Assembly: GCF_902713615.1 (NCBI RefSeq)
Contig: NC_052158.1
Location: forward strand, 39,113,729 to 39,177,728
Direction of reading: 5' to 3'
Length of the DNA: 64,000 nt
From: Scyliorhinus canicula
Lineage: Eukaryota
Both the position numbers and the translations under genes were made by a program. Of the stretch, positions 38,001 through 49,352 are shown in pieces. The stretch's first letter is position 1. The number at the start of each line of letters is the position of its first letter. Below the pieces are notes generated by a model. That model did not search any database, was not told the DNA's origin, and saw only the letters and a list, made by a program, of their open reading frames with translations.

Positions 38001-39283
38001 CACGCCCCGATTTCGGCATCGGGAGCTATTCTCCGCCTGCTCGCACGCCCCGATTTCGGCATCGGGAGCTATTCTCCGCCTGCTCGCACGCCCCGATTTC
38101 GGCATCGGGAGCTATTCTCCGCCTGCTCGCACGCCCCGATTTCGGCATCGGGAGCTATTCTCCGCCTGCTCGCACGCCCCGATTTCGGCATCGGGAGCTA
38201 TTCTCCGCCTGCTCGCACGCCCCGATTTCGGCATCGGGAGCTATTCTCCGCCTGCTCGCACGCCCCGATTTCGGCATCGGGAGCTATTCTCCGCCTGCTC
38301 GCACGCCCCGATTTCGGCATCGGTAGCTATTCTCCGCCTGCTCGCACGCCCCGATTTCGGCATCGGTAGCTATTCTCCGCCTGCTCGCACGCCCCGATTT
38401 CAGCATCGGTAGCTATTCTCCGCCTGCTCGCACGCCCCGATTTCGGCATCGGTAGCTATTCTCCGCCTGCTCGCACGCCCCGATTTCGGCATCGGTAGCT
38501 ATTCTCCGCCTGCTCGCACGCCCCGATTTCGGCATCGGGAGCTATTCTCCGCCTGATCGCACGCCCGATTTCGGCATAGGGAGCTATTCTCCGCCTGCTC
38601 GCACGCCCCGATTTCGGCATCGGGAGCTATTCTCCGCCTGCTCGCACGCCCCGATTTCGGCATCGGGAGCTATTCTCCGCCTGCTCGCACGCCCCGATTT
38701 CGGCATCGGTAGCTATTCTCCGCCTGCTCGCACGCCCCGATTTCGGCATCGGGAGCTATTCTCCGCCTGCTCGCACGCCCCGATTTCGGCAGCGGTAGCT
38801 ATTCTCCGCCTGCTCGCACGCCCCGATTTCGGCATCGGGAGCTATTCTCCGCCTGCTCGCACGCCCCGATTTCGGCATCGGTAGCTATTCTCCGCCTGCT
38901 CGCACGCCCCGATTTCGGCATCGGGAGCTATTCTCCGCCTGCTCGCACGCCCCGATTACGGCATCGGTAGCTATTCTCCGCCTGCTCGCACGCCCCGATT
39001 TCGGCATCGGGAGCTATTCTCCGCCTGCTCGCACGCCCCGATTTCGGCATCGGTAGCTATTCTCCGCCTGCTCGCACGCCCCGATTTCGGCATCGGGAGC
39101 TATTCTCCGCCTGCTCGCACGCCCCGATTTCGGCATCGGGAGCTATTCTCCGTTGTTCGCACGCCCCGATTTCGGCATCGGTAGCTATTCTCCGCCTGCT
39201 CGCACGCCCCGATTTCGGCATCGGTAGCTATTCTCCGCCTGCTCGCACGCCCCGATTTCAGTGTCGGCTGACAGAGAATCCTG
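29045..39283. mobile_element. GC-rich TIR element hosting the 43-bp array
   Basis: Starts GGGCCAGATTCTC and ends GAGAATCC (GATTCTC/GAGAATC core shared with the other TIR elements). The array occupies its right subterminal region. Confidence 0.6.
29799..39260. repeat. Tandem array of about 220 x 43 bp: GATTTCGGCATCGG(T/G)AGCTATTCTCCGCCTGCTCGCACGCCCC
   Basis: Period 43 (unit starts at 29799, 29842, 29885...; last partial unit at 39254). Five 1-nt deletions seen, no spacers, very high homogeneity apart from one T/G site. Confidence 0.99.
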
Positions 39284-39871
39284 ATGTCTGTATAAATGGA
39301 CTCAGCACCCAGTCCATAATTTCTGCATCAGTAAATACTGCCGAGTGTTTACAGAGTATAACCTTCAGTGTGTACTGTGAACAGCTGTTCACTGTGCAGT
39401 GAATCTCACTGGAAAATCTGGATGGCAAATAAAAATGTTGCCCTCACGCTTGAAGCTTTCAACCTTAGGTTCCAGATAAAGAATGACTCCCTGAGTGAGG
39501 TTCCAGACGCTCCTCTCCCAGCGATCCTTACCCAATAGCAGGCAGCACCTTCAGGAAAGGGGGTGAGAGAGTAGGAAATACTGCAGAAAAAACCTAATGC
39601 GCGCCTGGAAGTGTGTTGCAGGCAGGTTTCATTGAGGCATTCAAGTGGGTATTAGATGAGTATTTGAACAGAAAAAATGTGCAGGGGTGTGGGGAAAAGG
39701 CAGGGGAATGGCACTGTCAGGTGGAAAATACAATGGAGAATCAGGATGAATACGGAGGGAATAGAGGGGAAGTGAAAACTGTAGAATTGATAACGTTACA
39801 CCCTTTTTCAAAAAGGGGAGCAAGGATAATGCCGCCAACTACAGAGCAGTCAGCCTGGCTTCTGATGTTCA

Positions 39872-40910
39872 GGTGGCACGGTGGTACAGTGGTTAGCACT
39901 GCTGCCTCACAGCGCCAGGGACCCGGGTGCAATTCTGGCCTTGGGTGACTGTCTGTGTGGAGTTTGTACGTTCTCTGTGTCTGCTCTGGCTTCCTCCCAC
40001 CGTCCAAAGATGTGCAGTTTAGGTGGATTGGCCTTGCTAAATTGCCCCTTAGTGTCCAAAGGTTAGGTTGGGTTATGTGAAGAGGGCAGGGCGGTGGATT
40101 GGCCATTCTAAATTGCCCCTTAGTCCCTCTCCAAAAAGGTTAGGTGGAGTTACTTGGATAGGGTGCAGGACGGTAGCATTGTGGATAGCACAATTGCTTC
40201 GCAGCTCCAGAGTCCCAGGTTCGATTCCGGCTTGGGTCACTGTCTGTGCGGAGTCTGCACATCCTCCCCGTGTCTGCTTGGGTTTCCTCCGGGTGCTCCG
40301 GTTTCCTCCCACAGTCCAAAGATGTGCAGGGTAGGTGGATTGGCCATGATAAATTGCCCTTAGTGTCCAAAATTGCCCTTAGTGTTGGGTGGGGTTGCTG
40401 GGTTATGGGGATAGGGTGGAGGTGTTGACCTTGGGTAGGGTGCTCTTTCCAAAGGCCGGTGCAGACTCGATGGGCTGAATGGCCTCCTTCTGCACTGCAA
40501 ATTCTATGATTTTATGAACTTCCGGAAACTATAGTTTTTTATAATAAAATAATAATAATCTTTATTGTCACAAGCAGGCTTACATTAACATTGCAGTTAA
40601 TGTACTGTGAAAATCCCCTAGCCACCACACTCCGGCGCCTGGTCAGGTACACAGAGGGAGAATTCAGAATGTCCAATGAAATGAAATGAAAATCGCTTAT
40701 TGTCACAAGTAGGCTTCAAATGAAGTTACTGTGAAAAGCCCCTATTCACCTAACAGCACGCCCTTTGGGACTTGTGGGAGGAAACCGGAGCATATGGAAG
40801 AAACCCACGCAGGCACGGGGCGAACGTGCAGACTCCACAGACAGCAGTGACCCAAGCCAGGAATCGAATCTGGGAACCTGGAGCTGTCAAGCAACAGTGC
40901 TACCCACTGT
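39872..40910. mobile_element. Cluster of V-SINEs and second-family SINE fragments
   Basis: Repeated tRNA-like heads (GGTTCGATTCC), V-domain, (AAT)n and (GAAAT)n tails in both orientations. Confidence 0.8.
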
Positions 40911-41741
40911 TTTGCAGATTATACGAAGATTGCAAGTGTTGGCAACTGTGATGAGGATAGTCTTCAAAAGGACATGGATATTGGTGGATTGGACAGACAA
41001 GTGGCAGATGAAGTTCAAATCAAGAGACGTGTGAGGTGATTCATTTTGGAAGGAAGAATGTGGAGACACATTCGAAGTGCGGGCTAAACTGGTGAGTTAA
41101 AATAAACAGCAATAGTTAAAGCAGAGCGGACTTGTCTGAGGCAAGGGGGAGGTTGAAACAAACCAGTTGAAACAGCTTTTTGAAGACATCCAGGGTCTAA
41201 CGGTTGGAGGGCGGCGCCCAATGGGCTGGCGTTTTGGAGGGTCGTGTGTCGGGGAGGAGAGAGAGAGAGAGATATGTGATGGGGAGGGGGTTGGGAGGGA
41301 AGAGAGTGGGGAGGGCCGGAGGGGTAGCTGAGGTAGGTGGGTGCTGAGGGAGGGTGCCGGCTTGGAGAAGGGGTCCGGGCCTGGCTGAGGCGGACCCCTG
41401 GGGCGAGTGACGGGACAGACAGACAGGGAGGGAACTGGAAGGGCAGAGGTCTGCAGCGCAACCCTACGAAACTTGGCTGGAAGGAGCGGCGGCGAAATGG
41501 CTGAACAAACTGCTGAGACGTCTCTGCATCTGATCACATGGACTCACTTCTGGATTTTGTAGCTGATCATTGGCGGCCAGAATGCTGCATTGTTTGACCT
41601 GAGAAAATGGGTGTTAATGCATCTAACTACCCTCCATCATTCTCCCAGAGCGTAGGAGGAAATTCACAAGCTCAACAAACCTTTATAGGGACATCCTCCT
41701 ATTTACATCAAGGATATGGATGTGAATCAAAATTATATAGG

Positions 41742-42085
41742 GGCAGCACGGTAGCATGGTGGTTAGCATACATGCTTCACAGCTCCAGGGTCCCAGGTTC
41801 GGTTCCCGGCTGGGTCACTGTCTGTGCGGAGTCTGCACGTCCTCCCCCTGTGTGCGTGGGTTTCCTCCGGGTGCTCCTGTTTCCTCCCACAGTCCAAAGA
41901 TGTGCGGGTTAGGTGGATTGGCCATGCTAAATTGCCCGTAGTGTCCTAAAAAGTAAGGTTAAGGTTAAGGGGTGGGGGGTTGTTGGGTTACGGGTATAGG
42001 GTGGATACGTGGGTTTGAGTAGGGTGATCATGGCTCGGCACAACATCGAGGGCCGAAGGGCCTGTTCTGTGCTGTACTGTTCTAT
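41742..42085 (+). mobile_element. Full-length V-SINE (HE1-like)
   Basis: Head GGGCAGCACGGTAGCATGGTGGTTAGCA, V-domain, tail ...AACATCGAGGGCCGAAGGGCCTGTTCTGTGCTGTACTGTTCTAT. Confidence 0.88.
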
Positions 42086-42104
42086 ATAGCCTTGAAAATG
42101 GTTG

Positions 42105-44902
42105 TTGCAGGTTCCAGGATTTAGATATTTCTGTAAGAACAGAGAAGATGGTAAAAGAGGGGGGTGTGGCATTGTTAATCAAGGAAAGTATTACGGCAGC
42201 TGAAAGGACGTTTGAGGACTCGCCTACTGAGGTAGTATGGGCCGAGGTTAGGAACAGGAGAGGAGAGGTCACCCTGTTGGGAGTTGTCTATAGACCTCCA
42301 AATAGTTCCAGAGATATAGAAGAAAGGATAGCAAAGATGATTCTCGACAGGAGCGAGAGTAACAGGGTAGTTGTTATGGGGGACTTTAACTTTCCAAATA
42401 TTGACTGGAAATACTATAGTTCGAGTACTATAGATGGGTCAGTTTTTGTGCAGTGTGTGCAGGAGGGTTTTCTGACACAGTATGTAGACAGGCCAACAAG
42501 GGGCGATGCCACATTGGATTTGGTACTGGGTAATGAACCCGGCCAGTTGTTAGATTTAGATGTAGGTGAGCACTTTGGTGATAGTGATCACAATTCGGTT
42601 ATGTTTACTTTAGCGATGGGCAGGGATAAGTATATACCGCAAGGCAAGAATTATAGCTGGGGGAAAGGCAATTATGATGCTATTCGACAAGATTTAGGAT
42701 GTATAGGATGGGGAAGGAATCTGCAGGGGATGGGTACAATCGAAATGTGGAGCTTTTTCAAGGAACAGCTACTGCGTGTCCTTGATAAATATGTACCTGT
42801 CAGGCAGGGAGGAAGTTGTCGAGCAAGGGAACCGTGGTTTACTAAGGAAGTTGAAGCACTTGTCAAGAGGAAGAAGAAGGCTTATGTTAGGATGAGACAT
42901 GAAGGCTCAGTTAGGGCACTTGAGAGTTACAAGTTAGCCAGGAAGGACCTAAAGGGAGAGTTAAGAAGAGCGAGGAGAGGACATGAAAAGTCGTTGGCGG
43001 ATAGGATCAAGGAAAAGCCTAAGGCTATCTGTAGGTATATCAGAACAAAAGAATGACTAGAGTAAGATTAGGGCCAATCAAGGATAGTAGTGGAAAGTTG
43101 TGTGGAATCAGAGGAGATAGGGGAAGCGTTAAATGGATATTTTCCGTCAGTGTTTACACTGGAGAAAGACAATGTTGTCGAGGAGAATACTCAGGTACAG
43201 TCGACCAGGCTAGATGGGATTGAGGTTCACAAGGAGGAGGTGTTAGCAATTTTGGAAAGTGTAAAAATAGATAAGTCCTCTGGGCTAGATGGGATTTATC
43301 CTAGGATTCTCTGGGAAGCCAGGGAGGATATTGCAGAGCCTTTGTCCTTGATCTTTATGACGTCTTTGTCGACAGGAATAGTGCCGGAAGACTGGAGGAT
43401 AGCAAATGTTGCCCCTTGTTCAAGAAGGGGAGTAGAGACAACCCTGGTAATTATAGACCTGTGAGCCTTACTTCGGTTGTGGGTAAAATGTTGGAAAAGG
43501 TTATAAGAGATAGGGTTTATAATCATCTTGAAAAGAACAAGTTGATTAGCGATACTCAACACGGTTTTGTTTACTTTAGCGATGGGCAGGGATAAGTATA
43601 TACCGCAAGGCAAGAATTATAGCTGGGGGAAAGGCAATTATGATGCTATTCGGCAAGATTTAGGATGTAAGGGTAGGTCATGCCTCACAAACCTTATTGA
43701 GTTTTTTGAGAAGGTGACCAAACAGGTGGATGAGGGTAAAGCGGTTGATGTGGTGTATATGGATTTCAGTAAGGCGTTTGATAAGGTTCCCCACGGTAGG
43801 CTATTGCAGAAAATACGGAAGTATGGGATTGAAGGTGATTTAGCGGTTTGGATCAGTAATTGGCTAGCTGAAAGAAGGTTGATGGCAAATGTTCATTCTG
43901 GAGTTCAGTTACTAGTGGTGTACCGCAAGGATCTGTTTTGGGGCCACTGCTGTTTGTCATTTTTATAAATGACCTGGAAGAGGGTGTAGAAGGATGGGTT
44001 AGTAAATTTGCAGATGACACAAAGGTTGGTGGAGTTGTGGATAGTGCTGAAGGATGTTATAGGTTACAGAGGGACATAGATAAGCTGCAGAGCTGGGCTG
44101 AGAGGTGGCAGATGGAGTTTAATGCGGAAACGTGTGAGGTGGTTCACTTTGGAAGGAGTAACAGGAATGCAGAGTACTGGGCTAACGGCAAGATTCTTGG
44201 TAGTGTAGACGAACAGAGAGATCTCGGCATCCAGGTACATAAATCCCTGAAAGTTGCCACCCAGGTTAATAGGGCTGTTAAGAAGGCATATGGTGTGCTA
44301 GCCTTTATCAGTAGGGGGATTGAGTTTCGGAGCCACGAGGTCATGATGCAGCTGTACAAAACTCTGGTGCGGCCGCACCTGGAGTACTGCCTGCAGTTCT
44401 GGTCACCACATTATAGGAAGGATGTGGAAGCTTTGGAAAGGGTTCAGAGGAGATTTACTAGGATGTTGCCTGGTATGGAGGGAAGGTCTTACAAGGCAAG
44501 GCTCAGGGACTTGAGGTTGTTTTCGTTAGAGAGGAGAAGGCTGAGAGGTGACTTAATAGAGACATATAAGATAGCCAGAGGGTTAGATAGGGTGGACAGT
44601 GAGAGTCTCTTTCCTCGGATGGTGATGACCAACACAAGGGGACATAGCTTTAAATTGAGGGGTGGTAGATATAGGACAGATGTCAGAGGCAGTTTCTTTA
44701 CTTAGAGAGTAGTAGGGGTGTGGAACGCCCTGCCTGCAACAGTAGTAGACTCACCAAATTTAAGGGCATTTAAGTGGTCACTGGATAGACATATGGATGA
44801 AAATGGAATAGTGTAGGTCAGATAGGCTTCAGATGGTTTCACAGGTCGGCGCAACATCGAGGGCCGAAGGGCCCGTACTGCGCTGTAATGTTCTATGTTC
44901 TA
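42105..44902 (+). mobile_element. CR1-clade LINE (HER1-like), 5'-truncated, disrupted ORF2
   Basis: Endonuclease (GGVALLIK, VMGDFNFP, GDSDHN) and RT (YMDFSKAFDKVPH, FADDTK, HLEYCLQFWSP) motifs with frameshifts; 3' tail ending (TGTTCTA)n. Confidence 0.93.
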
Positions 44903-45649
44903 ACAGGAGCTAACTCTGTTCTGGAAAGTAAGTATTACTGTGCTATTAGGATGCATTGAGAGCTGTATGGTTTTTTTCATCTCCTGTAGTTTAATTAGAA
45001 ATAGAGATAGTAATTAAGGGATTACAGTACAGTATGAACTGTATTAGTTTAAGGGGTAATAGTAAGCTATTTTTGGGTGTGTTGTTAAAGGGTTCAGTAT
45101 TGTGTTCATTATAAAGTTTTGTTTTACAAATACCGAATGCCTCTTCCTTCGTGCAGTCACTCGTGGAGCGAATCATTCTTTCCACACAGTCTTGCAAAAT
45201 AAACTCAAAAATTGGGTTTTGTTCCAGTATCCTAGCCACTGTTGGAATCTGGCGTGGGATCGTAATAACAGAAACACACACACACACATATCCAGCTGTC
45301 TAACCCATGTGGAATCTTCACTCTGGCTTTATTTAACAAACTCAGCAAAATGGTGACCTGAACTCAAAACACAGGTCTAGTACAGAGGAAGAGGGGAAGG
45401 GAGAAGCCTTCAAACCAAACATTTCAAAACAAAGAATCCTCCAGTGAAGGGAAAAATAATGCAGGAATTGCGAGAGTCTGCAAATTCCACTGAGGTGATT
45501 TATGTTCTGGTGAACTGACCTGAGACAAATATTCTTTGCTGAGTGATGATGGAAATTTCTGTTTTTATTCCAGAGTTCCAGCATCCACAGTACATTGCTC
45601 CTGCATTGATTACACTATTGGTCCAAGCTTGTTAACAGTAGACTATGAT

Positions 45650-45985
45650 GGGGAGACGGTGGTGTAGCGGTAATGGCACTGGGATAGTAATCCAGGGACC
45701 CAAGGCTAAAGCTCTGGGGAATGCAAATTCAAATTCACACAGCGGCAGCTGGTGGAATTCAAATCAGTTAATAAAATTCAGGATTTGAAAGCTCGTCTCG
45801 GTAATGGTGTCCATGAAATCATCATCGGCGGTTGTAGAAACCCATCTGGTTCACTGACATCCTGATATGTGACTCCAGACCCGCAGCAATATGGTCGACT
45901 CTTAAATGCCCTCTGAGCAAGGCAACACAGATCAAGGGCAATTAGGGATGGGCTATAAATGCTGACCTTTATTGCTACTCCCACA
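45650..45985 (+). mobile_element. DeuSINE/SacSINE1-like SINE
   Basis: tRNA-like head followed by AACCCATCTGGTTCACT...TGTGACTCCAGACC..CAATATGGT.GACTCTTAAATGCCCTCTG and the tail GGGCAATTAGGGATGGG. Confidence 0.65.
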
Positions 45986-46620
45986 CCCCATGAGTGAATA
46001 TAAAGAAAATGAAAGAGTTTGTACTTTGCTTTGACATTTGCTATCCTTGCGAACCTGACCTGATGTATGTAAAGTGAAAAGCTTCGACAGCATCTACCTA
46101 TTTTCAGCAATGCTACCAAGCAGATAACAGTTTGCATATCCCTCAGCAGCGATTCATTCCAGCTTTGCTCTGATTGGTGCAATCTGCCTCACCCGATTGG
46201 GTGAATGCTTGTCCCAGTATCCAAGGGCTAACCAATCATGTTTAAGTACAATGTATAAAGGGCACGGGGGAGAGACTCTAAACTTAACTCGATGAGAGGC
46301 TGTCCTGCATTCCTCGTCAAGTTTGGGTTCGAAGGTCAAGGTGCTAATAGGTCAGTCAGGGTTCAAAGGGTGTTTCTGTACACTGAGTGGGAAGGATTTG
46401 GATGATGAAGATTCAAAGGCTATGGGGCAGTGCACTGAATCCAGGTCCAGTACGCACGCTGACATAACATTTTTCCAAAAAAGTTTATTAAGTAAATGAT
46501 GCAATGCAAATTGGCAAAAGGTCCACCTCCAGCCAATCGTCAGGTCAGAAGCAACAGCGATGAAGCTCAGTCACTCATTAGTATAACAGAGAGAGAGAGA
46601 GAGAGTGTCCATCCCGGGAT

Positions 46621-46668
46621 TCAGAGCTGGGTGGCTCGGATTTCTCGGATTTGAGAATTAATGTTCAC
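46621..46668 (-). CDS. MHC class I-like gene, putative last (cytoplasmic) coding exon
   Basis: Strong acceptor CCTCCTGTTTCTCCCCTCCAG| 110 nt after the TM-exon donor. Phase 0 VNINSQIREIRATQL*, with AATAAA downstream at 46484-46489. Confidence 0.6.
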   Translation of the reverse strand: MNINSQIREIRATQL

Positions 46669-46778
46669 CTGGAGGGGAGAAACAGGAGGAGGTTAGAGCT
46701 GGAACGTTGACACTTATTAACTTGTCATCTGTTTTTTGGGGATGAGCAGTGTGTGAGTGTGGAATTCCCATTACTCAC

Positions 46779-46906
46779 CTGTGCTTCTATCTTTTCCTCT
46801 CTCCCTGCTGCCCTGGGTCTCTAGGGCACTCCTCCCATTACTGCCAGTACAGCCAGGAGGCCCAGTGTTGGGCCCGAACGAACAATCGCCCTCAGCCCTC
46901 TGACTC
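46779..46906 (-). CDS. MHC class I-like gene, putative transmembrane exon, with an in-frame TAG
   Basis: Acceptor TTTTACACAG|, donor CAG|GTGAGT. Phase 1 start matches the alpha3 exon. Reads (G)VRGLRAIVRSGPTLGLLAVLAVMGGVP*RPRAAGREEKIEAQ, with the stop at 46821-46823. Confidence 0.65.
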
Positions 46907-48237
46907 CTGTGTAAAATACACAACAGCACGTTCAGAAGCGGCGACAGTGAAATACAAGGAGCTGAAGGTCCGAAACCCCCACTTCACCAGGCGCGCTAAC
47001 GGCACTGATAATGGAGGCAACCCCATCTCCCCCAGCTCACGTCATGTACCCCTCCCCACCCACCAAACAGCAATCCACAACATGGAAACCGTTTGGCTTT
47101 TAGTTCCCTCATCAACGGGCCCTGAGATTCAGCCATTGGGTTCCCCCTTGACACCTTTCTCCTCCATTGACTTTGAGCTCCCGACTCGCTTCCTGGTTCC
47201 TGAGAGACTGCCCAATGTCGATACGTTTCCCCAGAGAGCTAGAGAATGGCCCATCTTGAATTTGCACCAGGATTCAGCTTGAAGCAAGGTAATTGCACGG
47301 GCTGCGTGTAGGACACGGCCTGTTGAATTTTCAGTCATGACTGCGTGGACTTTACCCAACACCACACCCTCCGTATGTCCACTGCACAAGGCATTGCGGG
47401 TAGAATTTTTAACCAAACCAACTATCACAGGTGGGGAGGAAGTGGGGTGGGCCAGACTGTAAGAGAAGGGGCTTTGCCATGGCTGTGACCGACAGCCATT
47501 AATGGAAGGCATCAGGGGTTCAGAATGGTTATATCCTTTTGTAAAAAGAGCAACTTACTGCTGAAACAAAAACAGAAAACACTGGAAAAACTCAGCATGT
47601 TTGGCAGCATCTGTAGAGAGAAAAGCAGAGCTAACGTTCTGAGTCCGTATGACTCTTCATCAGAATTAAATAGAGGGAGAATCATGGTGGATTTTATAAT
47701 GTAAAAGAGGGGGTAGTTAAAGGTAAAGTCGTCATAGTCCCAGGTGACCATAGGCTGCTTTCCCCTTTGAGGGGGAGAGCTGACCGGTGGTGATTCAACC
47801 TGAGAATCACCACACTTCAGGCGAGGGGCAATGTATAGGAGGGGCCTTCATGAATAATCTCAGCCGGGACAGGAATTGAACCTGGCCTTGCTCTGCATCA
47901 CGAACCAGCTGTCTCGCCAACTGAGCGAAGCGGGCTCCCGGGTAGAGGGGGTGGAGCAAACCAGAAGGTCAGTCATACGCGGGAGCACAAAGATGTTGTA
48001 TCCTTGCTTGGTCTCTGAGGTTTCAACAAACACCAGAATAGAAATGTAATGTGGGAACACTATCCCCCCTCACCACCATAGTGTTCTTGCTGTATACTAC
48101 GATGGCTCGGGGAGAATTATCATTTCCTGTGAGCTGGAGGAAGAGATCAGCCACTCACAATAAGCTTGATTGGAAGTGTCGGGCATGATGAGCAGCAGGA
48201 GTGTGTTCCATTTCTGATTGGCAGGATGTGACACCTT

Positions 48238-48865
48238 GGGCGGAATTCACCCCTACCCGGCAGGGTGGGCTGTACCTGCGCCGAGAAGTGGCGTGAACCA
48301 CTCCAGCGTCGGGCCAATTGGAAGTTGCGGAATCTTTCGCACCTTCAGGGGCTAGGCCGGCACCGGTAGGGTTGGCGCAGCGCCAACTGGTGCTGAAGGG
48401 CCTCCGCGTGTGCTGGCGTCATCCCAGCGCATGCACAGGGGGGTTCTTCTCCACGTTGGCCATGACGGAGGTTGACAGCAGCCGGCGGGGAGGGAAAGAG
48501 TGCCTCCACGGCACAGGCCCGCCCGCGGATCGGTGGGCCCCGATCGTGGGCCAGGCCACCGTGGGGGCACCTGCGGGGGCCAGATCCCCCAGCGCCCCCA
48601 CAAGGACTCTGCAGGCCGCCCATGGAGCCAGGTCCTGCTGGTACAGACCTGGTTTGATTTACGCCGGTGGGACTGGCCGAATACGGGCAGCCGCTCGGCC
48701 CATTGCAGGCCGGAGAATCGCTGGGGGGTCCGCTGCCAGTGGTCGCTGAGGGCGCGCCGCTATTCCCGCCCCCACCAAAATCCCGGCGTCGGTGCGGTAG
48801 GGCAGCATTCGTGCCGCCCCCCCGGCGATTCTCCAACCCGGCGGGGGCGTTGGAGAATCCCGCCC
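48238..48865. mobile_element. GC-rich TIR element (MITE-like)
   Basis: GGGCGGAATTC ... GATTCTCC-N17-GGAGAATCCCGCCC; homologous to 12770-13364. Confidence 0.75.
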
Positions 48866-49352
48866 ATGGAGTCTGACTGTTGGGTCCTCAACCTTTTGCA
48901 ATTTACATCAATGACTTAGATGAGGGGATCGAAGGCATGCAAGCTAAATTTGCAGATGGCACAAAGATGGGTGAGGAAGTTTTTTGTAAAGAAGACAAAT
49001 GCAGAGCGATGCTCCATTGGCGGGATCCTCCGTTTCATCGGCAACGCACTCACGCCCGGCGATTTCCCGATGACGTGGGGGCGGCCACAATGGGAAACAC
49101 TATTGGCTGGTTGCCAGGACGGAGGATCCCACTGCCAGCGGGGTGGGGGGGGGGGGCGCCACACCTGGCGGGACAGGAACTCCCACCCATGAAGTTTGCA
49201 GATGGGTATAGATAGGTTGAGTCAGTAGGCAGACAGATGGAGTACAAATCTGGCAGAGTGTGAAGTTGTTCACTTTGGGAAGAAGAATCAAAAAGCAGAG
49301 TATTATTTAACTGGTGAACGACTGCAGAATTCCAATGTGTAGAGGGATCTAC

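Noticed and set aside
29799-39260. CRISPR array
   Set aside because: The units are contiguous with no unique spacers, there are no cas genes, and the context is a vertebrate genome.
39510-39585. 17-nt or 49-nt micro-exon on the minus strand
   Set aside because: The phases do not fit the B30.2 exon, the longer form has a stop, and it shows no similarity to TRIM linker exons.
45328-45519. Alternative terminal exon of the MHC-like gene
   Set aside because: Weak acceptor, and a better terminal exon lies 110 nt from the TM exon.
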